Shown piece after piece: positions 27,778 to 38,001 of a stretch of 64,000 bases of DNA (the stretch's first letter is position 1; each line of letters begins with the position of its first letter). The stretch lies in the IMG/VR virus record IMGVR_UViG_3300033048_000096; one strand, 5' to 3'. This DNA is from a virus. A program made the translations under genes and the position numbers. The notes beneath the pieces were generated by a model. That model was not told the DNA's origin. It did no database searches and worked only from the letters and a program-made list of their open reading frames with translations.

Positions 27778-28335
27778 CTATAAGATATCATCATCATCTT
27801 TTTTTGCTGGATTGAATTGCTCAATATATTCGCCATTTTTCCAAGTTCTGACAAAGTAATTTTCTTCTGACAAGGTAAAGGCCGCTAGCACATCTTTCCT
27901 TGTCGAAAAGGACGCCGCAGATATATGTCTCGTCCCTGTCCCTTCAGGGATCTCAAGGTTTGGGCAATCCACAATCAGATAAACTTTGTCTGCCAACATC
28001 TGTCCGTCCTGGTTTATGATTATAGCTCCATCATCTCCGGATTCAAATATCTTAATTAACTCATCCTTGAATTGTGAGAAGTTAACATTTATATATCTAT
28101 CCAGCTTGTCAGATGTTAGCTTTCTCATTCCATCAACAACGGAGGTGTTTGCTGAACCAAACATTCCGATCACAACCAATATTCCTATCTTCTGCTTAGA
28201 ATTATAATACCTCTTGGATATGTCACATAAATATGAAAATATCTTTTTCTCGGATTTGTCCCTAGATAAATTAAGTTGAAAAGAGAAATCTATATGAGGT
28301 CCCTTATTGGCTTGCGTCTCATTTTTTTCTTGCAT
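27778..28335 (-). CDS. Diadenylate cyclase (DAC / DisA_N) domain protein
   Basis: DGAIII and GTGTRHISAA catalytic motifs, then LSEE. Confidence 0.8.
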   Translation of the reverse strand: MQEKNETQANKGPHIDFSFQLNLSRDKSEKKIFSYLCDISKRYYNSKQKIGILVVIGMFGSANTSVVDGMRKLTSDKLDRYINVNFSQFKDELIKIFESGDDGAIIINQDGQMLADKVYLIVDCPNLEIPEGTGTRHISAASFSTRKDVLAAFTLSEENYFVRTWKNGEYIEQFNPAKKDDDDIL

Positions 28336-28414
28336 AAAAATTCCCCTACATATATATGATACCTGGGGCATTTCTTTTCAACTATATAATTTTATAACTT
28401 TCTATATCGCAAAA

Positions 28415-29824
28415 TCATGAACCCCAATTGTCAGCATGATGGCTAAAACCTTCTTCGTCATATGTATAATGCATAGTTTCTCCCGCATCATCAACGGTCT
28501 TCATATCAACAACGCCACCCCATAACTCCTGAATGTACTCACATACCTTCTCTAAGTGCTTTGGGTCTAAGGTGCCAATATTTGTGCTCTCGTGCACTAA
28601 CTCAAGGTTCGTAGAGTTAGCCTTCTCCACGTAGATTAAAGGAGCCATGTAATTATAAATTTTACTTATTTGGCTCTCAACAACATCAATGGCCTTAGTG
28701 CTCTCAACTTTAATGTACTGCTCTTTATTTCTATCATAAAAACTTTTATATGTAAACATTTTTAATTCGTCAACTATCTCTTGCGTGAGGTATTCTCTTA
28801 GGAATGAAATATCATCCTCATCCTCGCACACCTTTAATATCTTTTGAAATCCTGTTATCTCTGATTCTCCCGCTTCATATTTAATATCCCACCTCTTCTT
28901 TATGTCATTAAGAATGGTGAACCCAAGGAAATATGGATTTATATTAAGCTTACTACTGCCAGGCTGAACGACAGATTGATGAATTTTTACGAAATCTATA
29001 TATTCAGAAGAATTAAGCATATCGTCATTCAATAGATACATTAGCTCTGCATGCATATAACTGGCGAATCCTTCATTTATTATTTTGGTACAATATTGAG
29101 GGTAAAAGTAATAAGCCTCCTCTCTTATAATCTCTAATATGTCTTTCTGCCAAGATTCGAGATCGGCATAATTTGATAAAAACCACAACAAATCATATTC
29201 CTTCTGGGGCGGGAAGCTTTTATTAACCACAACCTCCGCGTAACCAGAGTTATCTTTACCATATAAATGGTCAAACTCTTTAACTTCTTTCTTTACCAAA
29301 ACCCTCTTCTTTTTCGGATAAGGCTTTCGATTAGAACCTTTGTGCCAATTAATATTCTTATCCATAGAGAAGGCTATATCCATTATTCTCTCTACCTTCT
29401 CAAGTCCGTATTCTGTTATATACCCCTCAACTCTCTCTGCGCGCTCGGCCGCATGATATACCATTTTGCGATCAGTTTTCTTAAATAAATGATTATTCTT
29501 GAAAAAGTGAACGTGACCGATAACATGAGCTATAACCATAGTGTTTGCTATATCGGAATTTGAATCAAGTAAGAATGCATAGCCAGGATCAGAATTTAAT
29601 ACAAGCTCATATACTTTGGAAGAACCCATCTCACCCTGTATTTTTTGATACTCATAGCTTTGACCATAAGACCAGTGCCTAGCTCTTGTTGGTAAACCAT
29701 AACTCATTACCTCAAGCAGAACTTCCTCCGGGACCACTTCCCAGTTTATAGGGAAAAAGTCAAGACCCATTTCCCGAGCCTTCTCCTCAAACCAAGCCGC
29801 TCTTTCTTCGAGTATTTTTTTCAT
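28415..29824 (-). CDS. spoVR: SpoVR / YcgB family protein
   Basis: GLPTRARHWSYG, YELVLNSDP, AHVIGHVHFFKNN, TKIINEGFASYMH, NPYFLG. Confidence 0.92.
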   Translation of the reverse strand: MKKILEERAAWFEEKAREMGLDFFPINWEVVPEEVLLEVMSYGLPTRARHWSYGQSYEYQKIQGEMGSSKVYELVLNSDPGYAFLLDSNSDIANTMVIAHVIGHVHFFKNNHLFKKTDRKMVYHAAERAERVEGYITEYGLEKVERIMDIAFSMDKNINWHKGSNRKPYPKKKRVLVKKEVKEFDHLYGKDNSGYAEVVVNKSFPPQKEYDLLWFLSNYADLESWQKDILEIIREEAYYFYPQYCTKIINEGFASYMHAELMYLLNDDMLNSSEYIDFVKIHQSVVQPGSSKLNINPYFLGFTILNDIKKRWDIKYEAGESEITGFQKILKVCEDEDDISFLREYLTQEIVDELKMFTYKSFYDRNKEQYIKVESTKAIDVVESQISKIYNYMAPLIYVEKANSTNLELVHESTNIGTLDPKHLEKVCEYIQELWGGVVDMKTVDDAGETMHYTYDEEGFSHHADNWGS

Positions 29825-30150
29825 TGCGCTTCCCTCCTCCTGTAAAGTTTTAGCTTAAGATAACTATCAAATTTATCTTCAACTCTAAATATATTTAGAT
29901 TAAATAAAAGTTTATCCTTCATATCATCCGATACCATCTCAAGCACGCGATCAAACGAAAGCCTCTTAACTGGCTTTGAGAACCAACTGCACCCACCATC
30001 ACTTATATATAAATATATATTCTGATCAGGAACTTTAAAGGTGGTGCCATCATTTAAATTATCTAAATACTCAACCTTATCACATACTTCATGATATAGA
30101 TTCGAAAAATAATACTGACTCATATCACTCTCTACACTATCTATAGCCAT
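29821..30150 (-). CDS. Hypothetical protein
   Basis: Open frame coupled to spoVR; start uncertain. Confidence 0.55.
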   Translation of the reverse strand: MAIDSVESDMSQYYFSNLYHEVCDKVEYLDNLNDGTTFKVPDQNIYLYISDGGCSWFSKPVKRLSFDRVLEMVSDDMKDKLLFNLNIFRVEDKFDSYLKLKLYRRREAQ

Positions 30151-31681
30151 CTTTCCTCCACAATCTTTGACCCGCATCATATATTTTTACCCACCCTAAT
30201 TCTTTCGCGTGTTCATTTTCTGACAAACATCTATCATCCATGTTCTCTAGGCACTTTGCTCTATCGTATGTTTTGTTTAGATCGGTCCATTTCCAGCCAA
30301 GAATTTCCATATCTTTAACGAACCCCAATTCTTTTAAATATTTTCCCGAATCATATCTCAAGTTCACCCAATATTTTATCTTATTTATTTCACTTCCCTC
30401 TTCTGCGTACAACAATAGCTTGCTAAATCCACCAATAACATTATTATACAGTTTTGACGAAAAAGAATCAATGCTAAGTTCTGAGGATCTTATAGTATAT
30501 GACAGTAAAGATATAAGTATACCGTTATAATATAAACCAATATTGCGGAGGCCAATACTTGACCCCAAGTGGTTTCTTGTCAGGAATTGTCTCGCATCAC
30601 TGCTACTGACCTCCCCGATGATAGTTTCCTTAGAAGAAATATTAAAGTTATTATCGCTTATAATAGATAAAATGACTTCAATTTTGTTATAAATCTCATC
30701 AGCCCTAAATTGAAAAATTTGCAAACCGAAATCCTCATAACTCTTTCTCATATTATAGTGATAAAAATTATCTTTATTAACCAACTCAGAATGCCAATAT
30801 AATCCATCAACGTTTGCGTAAGTGTGATTATTGATTCTAAAGTCTGGGCGATAACTTAAAATCTTCTTATTATAAAACTCAGACCCTGAGCGCAACTCAA
30901 ACTCTCTCTCTAACCATGATTTTTGCTCTTTATAATTATCTATAAATCTATACAACTCTTCGCTTGTTTTAAAACTCCTAGTTCTAATTAAGTATGTTAA
31001 GCTAGAATATGGCACGCAATAATGAGCGGCTATATCCTTTATACTTTTCTCGTCAATCAATATGGAAAACCCATTATCAACTCTTGAGCGAAATGCCTTC
31101 TCTCTTATCTCAGCTCTTTGGAATTGATTCGTCACCCCATATCTTTTTATATTTGTCTCCGCAATTTTATTTTTAATCTCAGGTACGCCACCTATCCAGT
31201 CGTATCCATATTTATTCCTGACAGAAGCGTTAAGCTTATCTATGCCGGCTTTCGTCTTCAGGGGATGTTTGGCTCCATATTTAGCTAAGCAGGTATTCTC
31301 ATACTTTTTCTTAAAAGTATCCACTTGCATAACGTTAGGCTTCCCATACTTAGATCTTACTGTGTCAATTCTTTTTTCATTGGCAGCCCTAATCGAATCA
31401 TTTAAACTTCGATATAAACCAAACTCCTTGATATACTTTTTTACAGTAATTACCGAAGAGTTAGCCATCTTAGATATTTCGGAGATGGAAAGCTTATCTA
31501 CCTCGTATCTTTCTCTTAACCAATTGACATCTTTAATTATTTTTTCAGGCTTTTTTATACCAAACTTATTCATCCATTTTGATATCGTCGTAAATGTACA
31601 TTTCGACTCAAGCGCTATTTCGGACATAGATAGGCCTGCGGAAACTTTACCCTCAAGCCATATCTTATCCTTATAATTCAT
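30137..31681 (-). CDS. Free-standing putative homing endonuclease (HTH + KYG repeats + Vsr-like nuclease + C-terminal domain)
   Basis: Repeated KYG/RYG units, RPDF...NVDGLYWHSE, FRADE, KIYDAGQ. Confidence 0.7.
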   Translation of the reverse strand: MNYKDKIWLEGKVSAGLSMSEIALESKCTFTTISKWMNKFGIKKPEKIIKDVNWLRERYEVDKLSISEISKMANSSVITVKKYIKEFGLYRSLNDSIRAANEKRIDTVRSKYGKPNVMQVDTFKKKYENTCLAKYGAKHPLKTKAGIDKLNASVRNKYGYDWIGGVPEIKNKIAETNIKRYGVTNQFQRAEIREKAFRSRVDNGFSILIDEKSIKDIAAHYCVPYSSLTYLIRTRSFKTSEELYRFIDNYKEQKSWLEREFELRSGSEFYNKKILSYRPDFRINNHTYANVDGLYWHSELVNKDNFYHYNMRKSYEDFGLQIFQFRADEIYNKIEVILSIISDNNFNISSKETIIGEVSSSDARQFLTRNHLGSSIGLRNIGLYYNGILISLLSYTIRSSELSIDSFSSKLYNNVIGGFSKLLLYAEEGSEINKIKYWVNLRYDSGKYLKELGFVKDMEILGWKWTDLNKTYDRAKCLENMDDRCLSENEHAKELGWVKIYDAGQRLWRKDGYR

Positions 31682-31682
31682 T

Positions 31683-32864
31683 TTATTCTGAACTTTCCTT
31701 CATTCTTCCGTCCACATTGAAAAACTTCTTGAGACCCTTGAAGACGTCACCCTTTGACTTGAACTGCATTGACATAAATCTAGTCCTGCTTATGTTCTTA
31801 TTTAAAAAGTTTGATAATAAATTCTCAGCGCTGAACCATGGACTTGAGGTTCTATCATTCAACATCACCTCGCCATAACCCATGGCACGAACCATCGGTA
31901 ACATCTTGTTTATATACTCTAAGCAAATCTTATTGTCGTTGGGGTAGTTATCGCCATCGCTAAACTCAAACACATAATTATTCCACTCCTCTGGTGGATG
32001 ATTAGTTTTAATGTGATCGTGAGCTAACATGAACGCTGAACTGCAGCTAGTGCCACCGCTAGCGCTAATGGTGAAAAATTCCTCTTCGTCAACTATAAAT
32101 GCTTTTGAATCATGAGCTATAAATACTAACTCAACCTTCTTATATCGTCTCTTTAAAAATTGTACCATCCAGAAGTAAAAAGATTTTGCTATAAAAGTTT
32201 TATCCTTACTCATGGATCCACTTCTGTCCATCATTAAATATACTGCAGCATTAGAATGATACTCAAACTCAGTCTCCCAAGTCTTATACCTTAGATCTTC
32301 GTTTTTGAAGATTCCAATTTTCGGGTCACCTCTCGCCGCATTTCTCTTTAAATTTTGAATTAAAGAACGCTTGAGATCTATATTTGAATATATACCTTTC
32401 TTGGATATAGATGACATCTCATCATTTTCAACCTCAATCTGGGTGCTATCCTTAGGATCCATCCATGGGAGATCCAATTCCTCCATCAAAATGTTAACCA
32501 ATTCGTCAACCGTTATTTCGGCCTCAAATATCCTCTCACCATCCTCATTGCTCGGCCTCCCAGGCTTCCCCTTGCCCTTCCCCCTCTTTATGCGGTGTGT
32601 ATCACCCGCCTTGCTGTCCAAGCCCTGTCCGGTGTCCTGAGGCTTGTTTATCTTGCCATATTTAAAACGGTATTTATCCAGAAACTTAATCGGAACCTTT
32701 ATCTTTTTATCACCGTTTGAACGAATGATATTATATTCCGTTATTATATCTTTACCATTCTTTCTTATCGCCTTCTCGACAAGCTCCTTATGTCTGTCAG
32801 AATCCCGCTTACCCCTTTTCTTGAGCTTCCATATATCTGATAGATTTTCGTATTTCTTTGTCAC
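31683..32864 (-). CDS. yeaH: YeaH/YhbH (DUF444) vWA-domain protein
   Basis: DSDRHKE, DLRYK, MIDAS MMDRSGSM, SGGT, SDGDN. Confidence 0.9.
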   Translation of the reverse strand: MTKKYENLSDIWKLKKRGKRDSDRHKELVEKAIRKNGKDIITEYNIIRSNGDKKIKVPIKFLDKYRFKYGKINKPQDTGQGLDSKAGDTHRIKRGKGKGKPGRPSNEDGERIFEAEITVDELVNILMEELDLPWMDPKDSTQIEVENDEMSSISKKGIYSNIDLKRSLIQNLKRNAARGDPKIGIFKNEDLRYKTWETEFEYHSNAAVYLMMDRSGSMSKDKTFIAKSFYFWMVQFLKRRYKKVELVFIAHDSKAFIVDEEEFFTISASGGTSCSSAFMLAHDHIKTNHPPEEWNNYVFEFSDGDNYPNDNKICLEYINKMLPMVRAMGYGEVMLNDRTSSPWFSAENLLSNFLNKNISRTRFMSMQFKSKGDVFKGLKKFFNVDGRMKESSE

Positions 32865-32879
32865 CTGAATAACCTCCAG

Positions 32880-34787
32880 TTACTTTCTTGCCATTAATGA
32901 GTTCACGTATCTAAGAAGCTGATTAGCACTGTCAGCATTATATCCATACTTGTCACATAGTGTGTCGATTACTACATTAATTTTTCTAAGCTCCTTCTCG
33001 TCCGGATTTCTAGCGCTAACAGTTAGTCGTATGATATCCTGTCTCTCAGAAAATAGCTGCTTCTCTAAAGCCTCCTTCAGCGCAGGATGTTCTTGGTACT
33101 TAGAACCATTTCTAAGCATTTTTCTAAGAATTTCTTGCCTGAATGATTTCTTGCCAGACTCAGATATACCTATCTTCTCTTCGAGTCCACGCATTAAGCG
33201 TTCATTTGGCTCCGAAGTCTCACCCCACTCATCCGTTAGTAACCCGCTATCTAAAAATGCTTCAACATTCTCCATGTAATTCGCTAATAGATTTCCTATC
33301 TCATCCTCGAAGTTAACGAAAAATGCCTTCTGAACATCGTTCTTCGCTAGCTTCTCGTACTCCTCTAAAACATAAAGCAATACGGTCTCTAATCTTTCGG
33401 ACTCCTTCTTGTCAATCTTAGGATTGCTCTTCATACCATCCCGAAGCGAACGAACAATATCTAGGGGAGTGATTGAATTCAAATTATCTTCCGCTAGCTT
33501 GGAGGATATACGGTTAATTACGTAACGAGGAGATACGCCACGCATACCCTCATTATCAAACTCGCTCTTAAACTTAGGCACCTCAGAAGTTGTAAAGCCA
33601 TTAACCTCTTCCCCGTTATACATTTTCATCTTCTTTAATATTGATAGGCCAGCATTATCAGACTCTTTAAGCCTAGAAAGAACCGCAAACATAGCTGCGC
33701 ACTTAAGAGTGTGGGGAGCAATATGCTTCTTTCCGAAACTAGCCTGATTTATTAACTTTTCATAAATTTTAATTTCATTATCTACTGACAAGTTATACGG
33801 AACCTTAACGACAATGGTTCTGTCATGCAGAGCTTCCATCTCGTCTTTCCCTAGGAATCGCCTAAACTCCGTTTCATTAGAATGAGCTAACACAAACTCA
33901 TCAGCCCATATCAAAGGGAACCTTGCGGTCTTTATGTTTTTCTCTTGAGCCAATGTTAATAATACATACAAAAACTTCTGATCAACCTTAAGCATCTCAA
34001 CGAATTCCATCATGCCTCTGTTGGCTACGTTAAGCTCCCCATCAAAACGATAAGCCCTCGGATCAGACTCCGCGCCATATTTTCCGATAGTGCTCAAGTC
34101 AATCGATCCCACCAATTCGGAAATATCCTGGCTCTTCTTATCAGAAGGCACGAAGGTTCCTATGCTTGTACGAGTCTTTTCAGAGAAAAATATTCTTTTC
34201 ACAGGTAAATCCATGAAATTGCCGGAGTGATTCTCTTTTAATATAACCTCCATCAATGGGCTCAAATAACCCTGAATCTTGATCCCGTACTTATCGAGAA
34301 ACTGACTCCTTAGCTCATCCGGAATTGCACACAAGGGATCTTCATGCATAGGAGACTCACTCAACGCATATACAGCGCCCTCGTCAGTCTCGGAGAATGA
34401 TTCCAACCCTCTCTTTAGCAAAATAGCTAACTGAGATTTTCCGGATGACGTGGGGCCGTACATTAGGAGAATTCTTCTGCCAACCTCACTACCCGCAGCT
34501 GCTGCCCTTAGGTAAGACATTAACTCTTCAATTGGCTCATCTACTCCGAATAGATCGTCTTTGAAGAAATTATATTTTACTATATTACCTTTCTGATCTC
34601 TTTCTACGCCGTGACTTTCAACCATCTTTAAGGCTCTTGCGTGAGCGCCCATATGTAATTCGGGGCTGCTAATAATAAGCTCAACGTAATCCCTTAATGT
34701 TCCTGACCACACATTTTTAGAACTGTTCTCCAAGTGAGAGTCCAATATATCTAATAAGTTACCAACTTTCTTTTTCTTCTCAGCCAT
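32880..34787 (-). CDS. prkA: PrkA / YeaG AAA+ serine protein kinase
   Basis: ILLMYGPTSSGKS, SPMHEDPL, QDISELVG, DPRAYRFDGELNVANRG, EALHDR, GVSPRY. Confidence 0.92.
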   Translation of the reverse strand: MAEKKKKVGNLLDILDSHLENSSKNVWSGTLRDYVELIISSPELHMGAHARALKMVESHGVERDQKGNIVKYNFFKDDLFGVDEPIEELMSYLRAAAAGSEVGRRILLMYGPTSSGKSQLAILLKRGLESFSETDEGAVYALSESPMHEDPLCAIPDELRSQFLDKYGIKIQGYLSPLMEVILKENHSGNFMDLPVKRIFFSEKTRTSIGTFVPSDKKSQDISELVGSIDLSTIGKYGAESDPRAYRFDGELNVANRGMMEFVEMLKVDQKFLYVLLTLAQEKNIKTARFPLIWADEFVLAHSNETEFRRFLGKDEMEALHDRTIVVKVPYNLSVDNEIKIYEKLINQASFGKKHIAPHTLKCAAMFAVLSRLKESDNAGLSILKKMKMYNGEEVNGFTTSEVPKFKSEFDNEGMRGVSPRYVINRISSKLAEDNLNSITPLDIVRSLRDGMKSNPKIDKKESERLETVLLYVLEEYEKLAKNDVQKAFFVNFEDEIGNLLANYMENVEAFLDSGLLTDEWGETSEPNERLMRGLEEKIGISESGKKSFRQEILRKMLRNGSKYQEHPALKEALEKQLFSERQDIIRLTVSARNPDEKELRKINVVIDTLCDKYGYNADSANQLLRYVNSLMARK

Positions 34788-35090
34788 TTAAATTACTCCT
34801 TTATTCTTGTATGGGTTTGGTTTGTCGCCGTAGATATCTCTTATAGCTTTTCTATCTCCGACTCTCACTTTATCGACAGTTTTTCTAACTTCCTCTTCCG
34901 ATTCAATTAATATCTGATCCTTACTCTTCTCAATGACACTATTAATGTCTACTATCTTATGATATAATACGCCATTTTGACAATTTTTACACTTTTTATT
35001 TTTAGTTTTATCTTTAATGAACTCATGGATCGACATAAACGCAATATCCATGTTATCGCATTTGTCACATTCGAAGTTATATTTCGGCAT
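34788..35090 (-). CDS. FmdB-like zinc-ribbon protein
   Basis: MPKYNFECDKC...CKNC. Confidence 0.7.
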   Translation of the reverse strand: MPKYNFECDKCDNMDIAFMSIHEFIKDKTKNKKCKNCQNGVLYHKIVDINSVIEKSKDQILIESEEEVRKTVDKVRVGDRKAIRDIYGDKPNPYKNKGVI

Positions 35091-35271
35091 TATATTCCTC
35101 ATTTTCTATGTAAATTAACTTTCCATCTTCGATTGAAATATTTCCCGACAAAGATAAGTCTCTTAACAATTTCTTCTTGAACTTAGAATCAGTTATTACT
35201 ATGGTTATTTCAAGATCTTTATTTTCCTCATCAAAGCTTATGCTTTTTATTTTACCTACATTATTTTTCAT
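35077..35271 (-). CDS. Hypothetical protein
   Basis: Short ORF packed in the operon. Confidence 0.5.
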   Translation of the reverse strand: MKNNVGKIKSISFDEENKDLEITIVITDSKFKKKLLRDLSLSGNISIEDGKLIYIENEEYNAEI

Positions 35272-35545
35272 TTTCGAAAAAATATTCCAACGACTCAATT
35301 ATTAATGGATTAGTCTGATTCAATAAATATAATATCTCATATCTATCAATCTTCTCATATGGACCCAGAGAATCTATATCTATTGATATTTTAGGGATGA
35401 CATCTATCGGTCGTTCTCTTCCAAGTAAATTGCTTATCGGTAATAATTCTACGGATTTCCTCGTCACACGGTATACGATATATTTATACTCATTAATTAG
35501 AATTATATCTAATTTATTTAATTTATCATTATTTATTTTGACCAA
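35261..35545 (-). CDS. Hypothetical protein
   Basis: TTG start after GGAG chosen to limit overlap with dnaB. Confidence 0.5.
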   Translation of the reverse strand: MVKINNDKLNKLDIILINEYKYIVYRVTRKSVELLPISNLLGRERPIDVIPKISIDIDSLGPYEKIDRYEILYLLNQTNPLIIESLEYFFENEK

Positions 35546-36902
35546 GACTATTCTCCCTTCCCGGATCGTTAGTCCAGTTATCAGGGCGGTCAGAAACTTT
35601 TGACTTCTCAAACTCCTTAAGCAATTTAAACTCACCCTTCTCTCCATCCCGATTTTTAGTTACATGAAGAATCATGTCATCAAGCAGATGCTCACCATCT
35701 CTCTGCTCAATCAGGACCACTATGTTCGCGTTATCACCTATCATCTTCGATCTTCCGATTTCTTCCGAATCTTGAACTTGAGATTTGGAATTACGAACTC
35801 TACCTTTTCTTTGGGCTGCAGTTAAAACCGCTATATTCTTACTTCTGCAAAACTCATGAAGATTCGCCGCGACATGCCCAACTTCAAGCCAATCTTGACC
35901 GAAGTCTGTGTTTGGCTTCATGATTCCTAAATAATCAACAACCACAAGATCCGGCTCAAACTCTGAGACTAAACTATCAAACCTTGCCTCTATGTCTAAA
36001 GTTCTAGAGCCTCTGGGCATATCTACTATGTAGAAATTCTTTTCATAATTTTTCTGAAATGCCAACGAATTACTCCACCGCCTTTTCTCCTCATCAGTTA
36101 GGTAGCCCCGCATTAATGCTTTTTGCCTTATGTCAGCCGCGTTTGCATCCATTCTTTGTTCTAGCTGCTTCTTAGTCATTTCTAGAGTGAAATAAACCAC
36201 ATTCTTACCATTAGTAAATCCCTGCTTGCTCTTATCCCATGGCTTATTTGAACCTAACCATGAATTAATTGCGTAATTCATCATTAATAATGATTTGCCA
36301 CTAGAGGTTGCTCCAGATATAACCATCATCTCGGATTTTTTAATTCCGAAGGTATACTCATCTAATTTTTTAAATCCTGACAGAACACCTGCTACTGCGT
36401 TTGGATTAGCTTCCGTGAACTTATAGTCGTCAAATCTGCTCACAACTGATTTGCTGAAATATCCCTCGGAAAATACTGACTTCCTCCTTAACCTCTCTAT
36501 TTTTGCCGCTATATTAATTATGTTTGAATTAAACTCATCTACGTCAACATCGGAATTCATACCCGATATTGATTCGGATAATCTTATTGCTAATTCTGAA
36601 TTAAATCGGTCTCTTATTTTATCTATATAAAATAAAATTTCAGTCTCTTCACATTTAGTATTTTCAAGCAATGATACCAACTGAAGGTTCTCCATATCTT
36701 CGGATAGATATTCTTTAAGTATTTTAAATGATGGCGGAGTCTTGTATCTTGAGAAATATTTTTCAATCGAATTAAAAGTTTCCCGATATTCATACTTGAA
36801 AGCTTCTTTTAGAATTTTAAAATCAATATCCCTAGTTACCTTATTATACTCAGATGGTCCCTTCATCGCCCAAGCTAATATTTTCTCATCCTCTATTGAC
36901 AT
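35529..36902 (-). CDS. dnaB: DnaB-like replicative helicase
   Basis: GATSSGKS, FTLEM, VVDYLGIM, AAQ, KNRDG. Confidence 0.9.
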   Translation of the reverse strand: MSIEDEKILAWAMKGPSEYNKVTRDIDFKILKEAFKYEYRETFNSIEKYFSRYKTPPSFKILKEYLSEDMENLQLVSLLENTKCEETEILFYIDKIRDRFNSELAIRLSESISGMNSDVDVDEFNSNIINIAAKIERLRRKSVFSEGYFSKSVVSRFDDYKFTEANPNAVAGVLSGFKKLDEYTFGIKKSEMMVISGATSSGKSLLMMNYAINSWLGSNKPWDKSKQGFTNGKNVVYFTLEMTKKQLEQRMDANAADIRQKALMRGYLTDEEKRRWSNSLAFQKNYEKNFYIVDMPRGSRTLDIEARFDSLVSEFEPDLVVVDYLGIMKPNTDFGQDWLEVGHVAANLHEFCRSKNIAVLTAAQRKGRVRNSKSQVQDSEEIGRSKMIGDNANIVVLIEQRDGEHLLDDMILHVTKNRDGEKGEFKLLKEFEKSKVSDRPDNWTNDPGRENSLGQNK

Positions 36903-37577
36903 TCACTCTCCTTCTTTTAATTTTCTAAAATCCTTTCCCTTAACATACAATATATTCACATACCTTGAAAATAAAGAATCAACAGCCCTTGAGAAATCGC
37001 CAGCGAGAACATTCTTTAGGTCAGGGGTGTTTGAACAAATTATCGTTGGCATTTTATTTTGAAACCTATGCCTCAAAACTCTCTCCATCGTCTGACCAAA
37101 TAACTGCTCAGCCTTCTCGGATGGGTAGATCCAACGACTATCATATTCGTCAAGTATTAAAAAATCTATATTTATAATCTTATCAAAGAATTCTGTATTG
37201 TTCCTCGTTACCTCATTAATAACATCAGCCATGTTCGCGTACTTTGCGCTGTAACCGCTCACGAGAGCTATCTTGAGTATGCAGCAGGCAGCATACGTCT
37301 TTCCCGTCCCGAGGTTCCCCACGAAGGCTACAGAGCTACCATCCTCATACATAGAGTCAATGTCATGCAGCTTTTTGGTTATAAAATCTTTAAAGTTGCC
37401 ATCACCTTTGAAATCCCCAAAAGGTAACATCCAATAATCAAACGGAATATCAGCTATGGAGTAAGTCTTTAGCCTTGACGCTTGAGCTTTGCAGGTGCTA
37501 CACCCTAACCCTGAACACTCCCCACAATCAATTCTTATTTTTCTTAATATAAGATCCATCTTTTTTTGCGGAATCAT
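36903..37577 (-). CDS. DnaC/IstB-like AAA+ helicase loader
   Basis: N-terminal CxxC...CxxC, GNLGTGKT, LILDE, TIICSN; adjacent to dnaB. Confidence 0.85.
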   Translation of the reverse strand: MIPQKKMDLILRKIRIDCGECSGLGCSTCKAQASRLKTYSIADIPFDYWMLPFGDFKGDGNFKDFITKKLHDIDSMYEDGSSVAFVGNLGTGKTYAACCILKIALVSGYSAKYANMADVINEVTRNNTEFFDKIINIDFLILDEYDSRWIYPSEKAEQLFGQTMERVLRHRFQNKMPTIICSNTPDLKNVLAGDFSRAVDSLFSRYVNILYVKGKDFRKLKEGE

Positions 37578-38001
37578 ATTCTGTCTCTCCTTCTGACTTT
37601 ATATTTTTCAAACTAGACATCGTAATGGATAAATTAACCTCAGGCTCTGTCTCTTCGCCTATTAACATATCAGACGGAATCATGGAGCCGTAATAACTTT
37701 CTTGATCAATACGATTACGAAGGCTTATATCATGCAAATAGCTTTCGCTCTTCGCCTCAGGGATATTCCCGACATTATTATAGTACCGAGGATTACTGAT
37801 CTTATCTATAGAAGTTATTGATTCTTTTAAGTCCAAAATAACCGCGGCCTCAATCTTGTCACGCTGAATTACTATCGTTCCGCAGTTACCTACTAAAACC
37901 ACTCTAAGTGTGTTTTTAAACTCAACCATTCCTGAGAATGTCTTTCCGGATACTAAATGTAACTCCACAATCTTACCCACTAGGTCGTAATGATCGTTCA
38001 T
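37528..38001 (-). CDS. Protein with putative N-terminal Sm/LSm (Hfq-like) fold
   Basis: LVGKIVELHLVSGKTFSGMV...VVL...TIVIQRDKIEAA resembles Sm1/Sm2. Confidence 0.45.
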   Translation of the reverse strand: MNDHYDLVGKIVELHLVSGKTFSGMVEFKNTLRVVLVGNCGTIVIQRDKIEAAVILDLKESITSIDKISNPRYYNNVGNIPEAKSESYLHDISLRNRIDQESYYGSMIPSDMLIGEETEPEVNLSITMSSLKNIKSEGETEYDSAKKDGSYIKKNKN

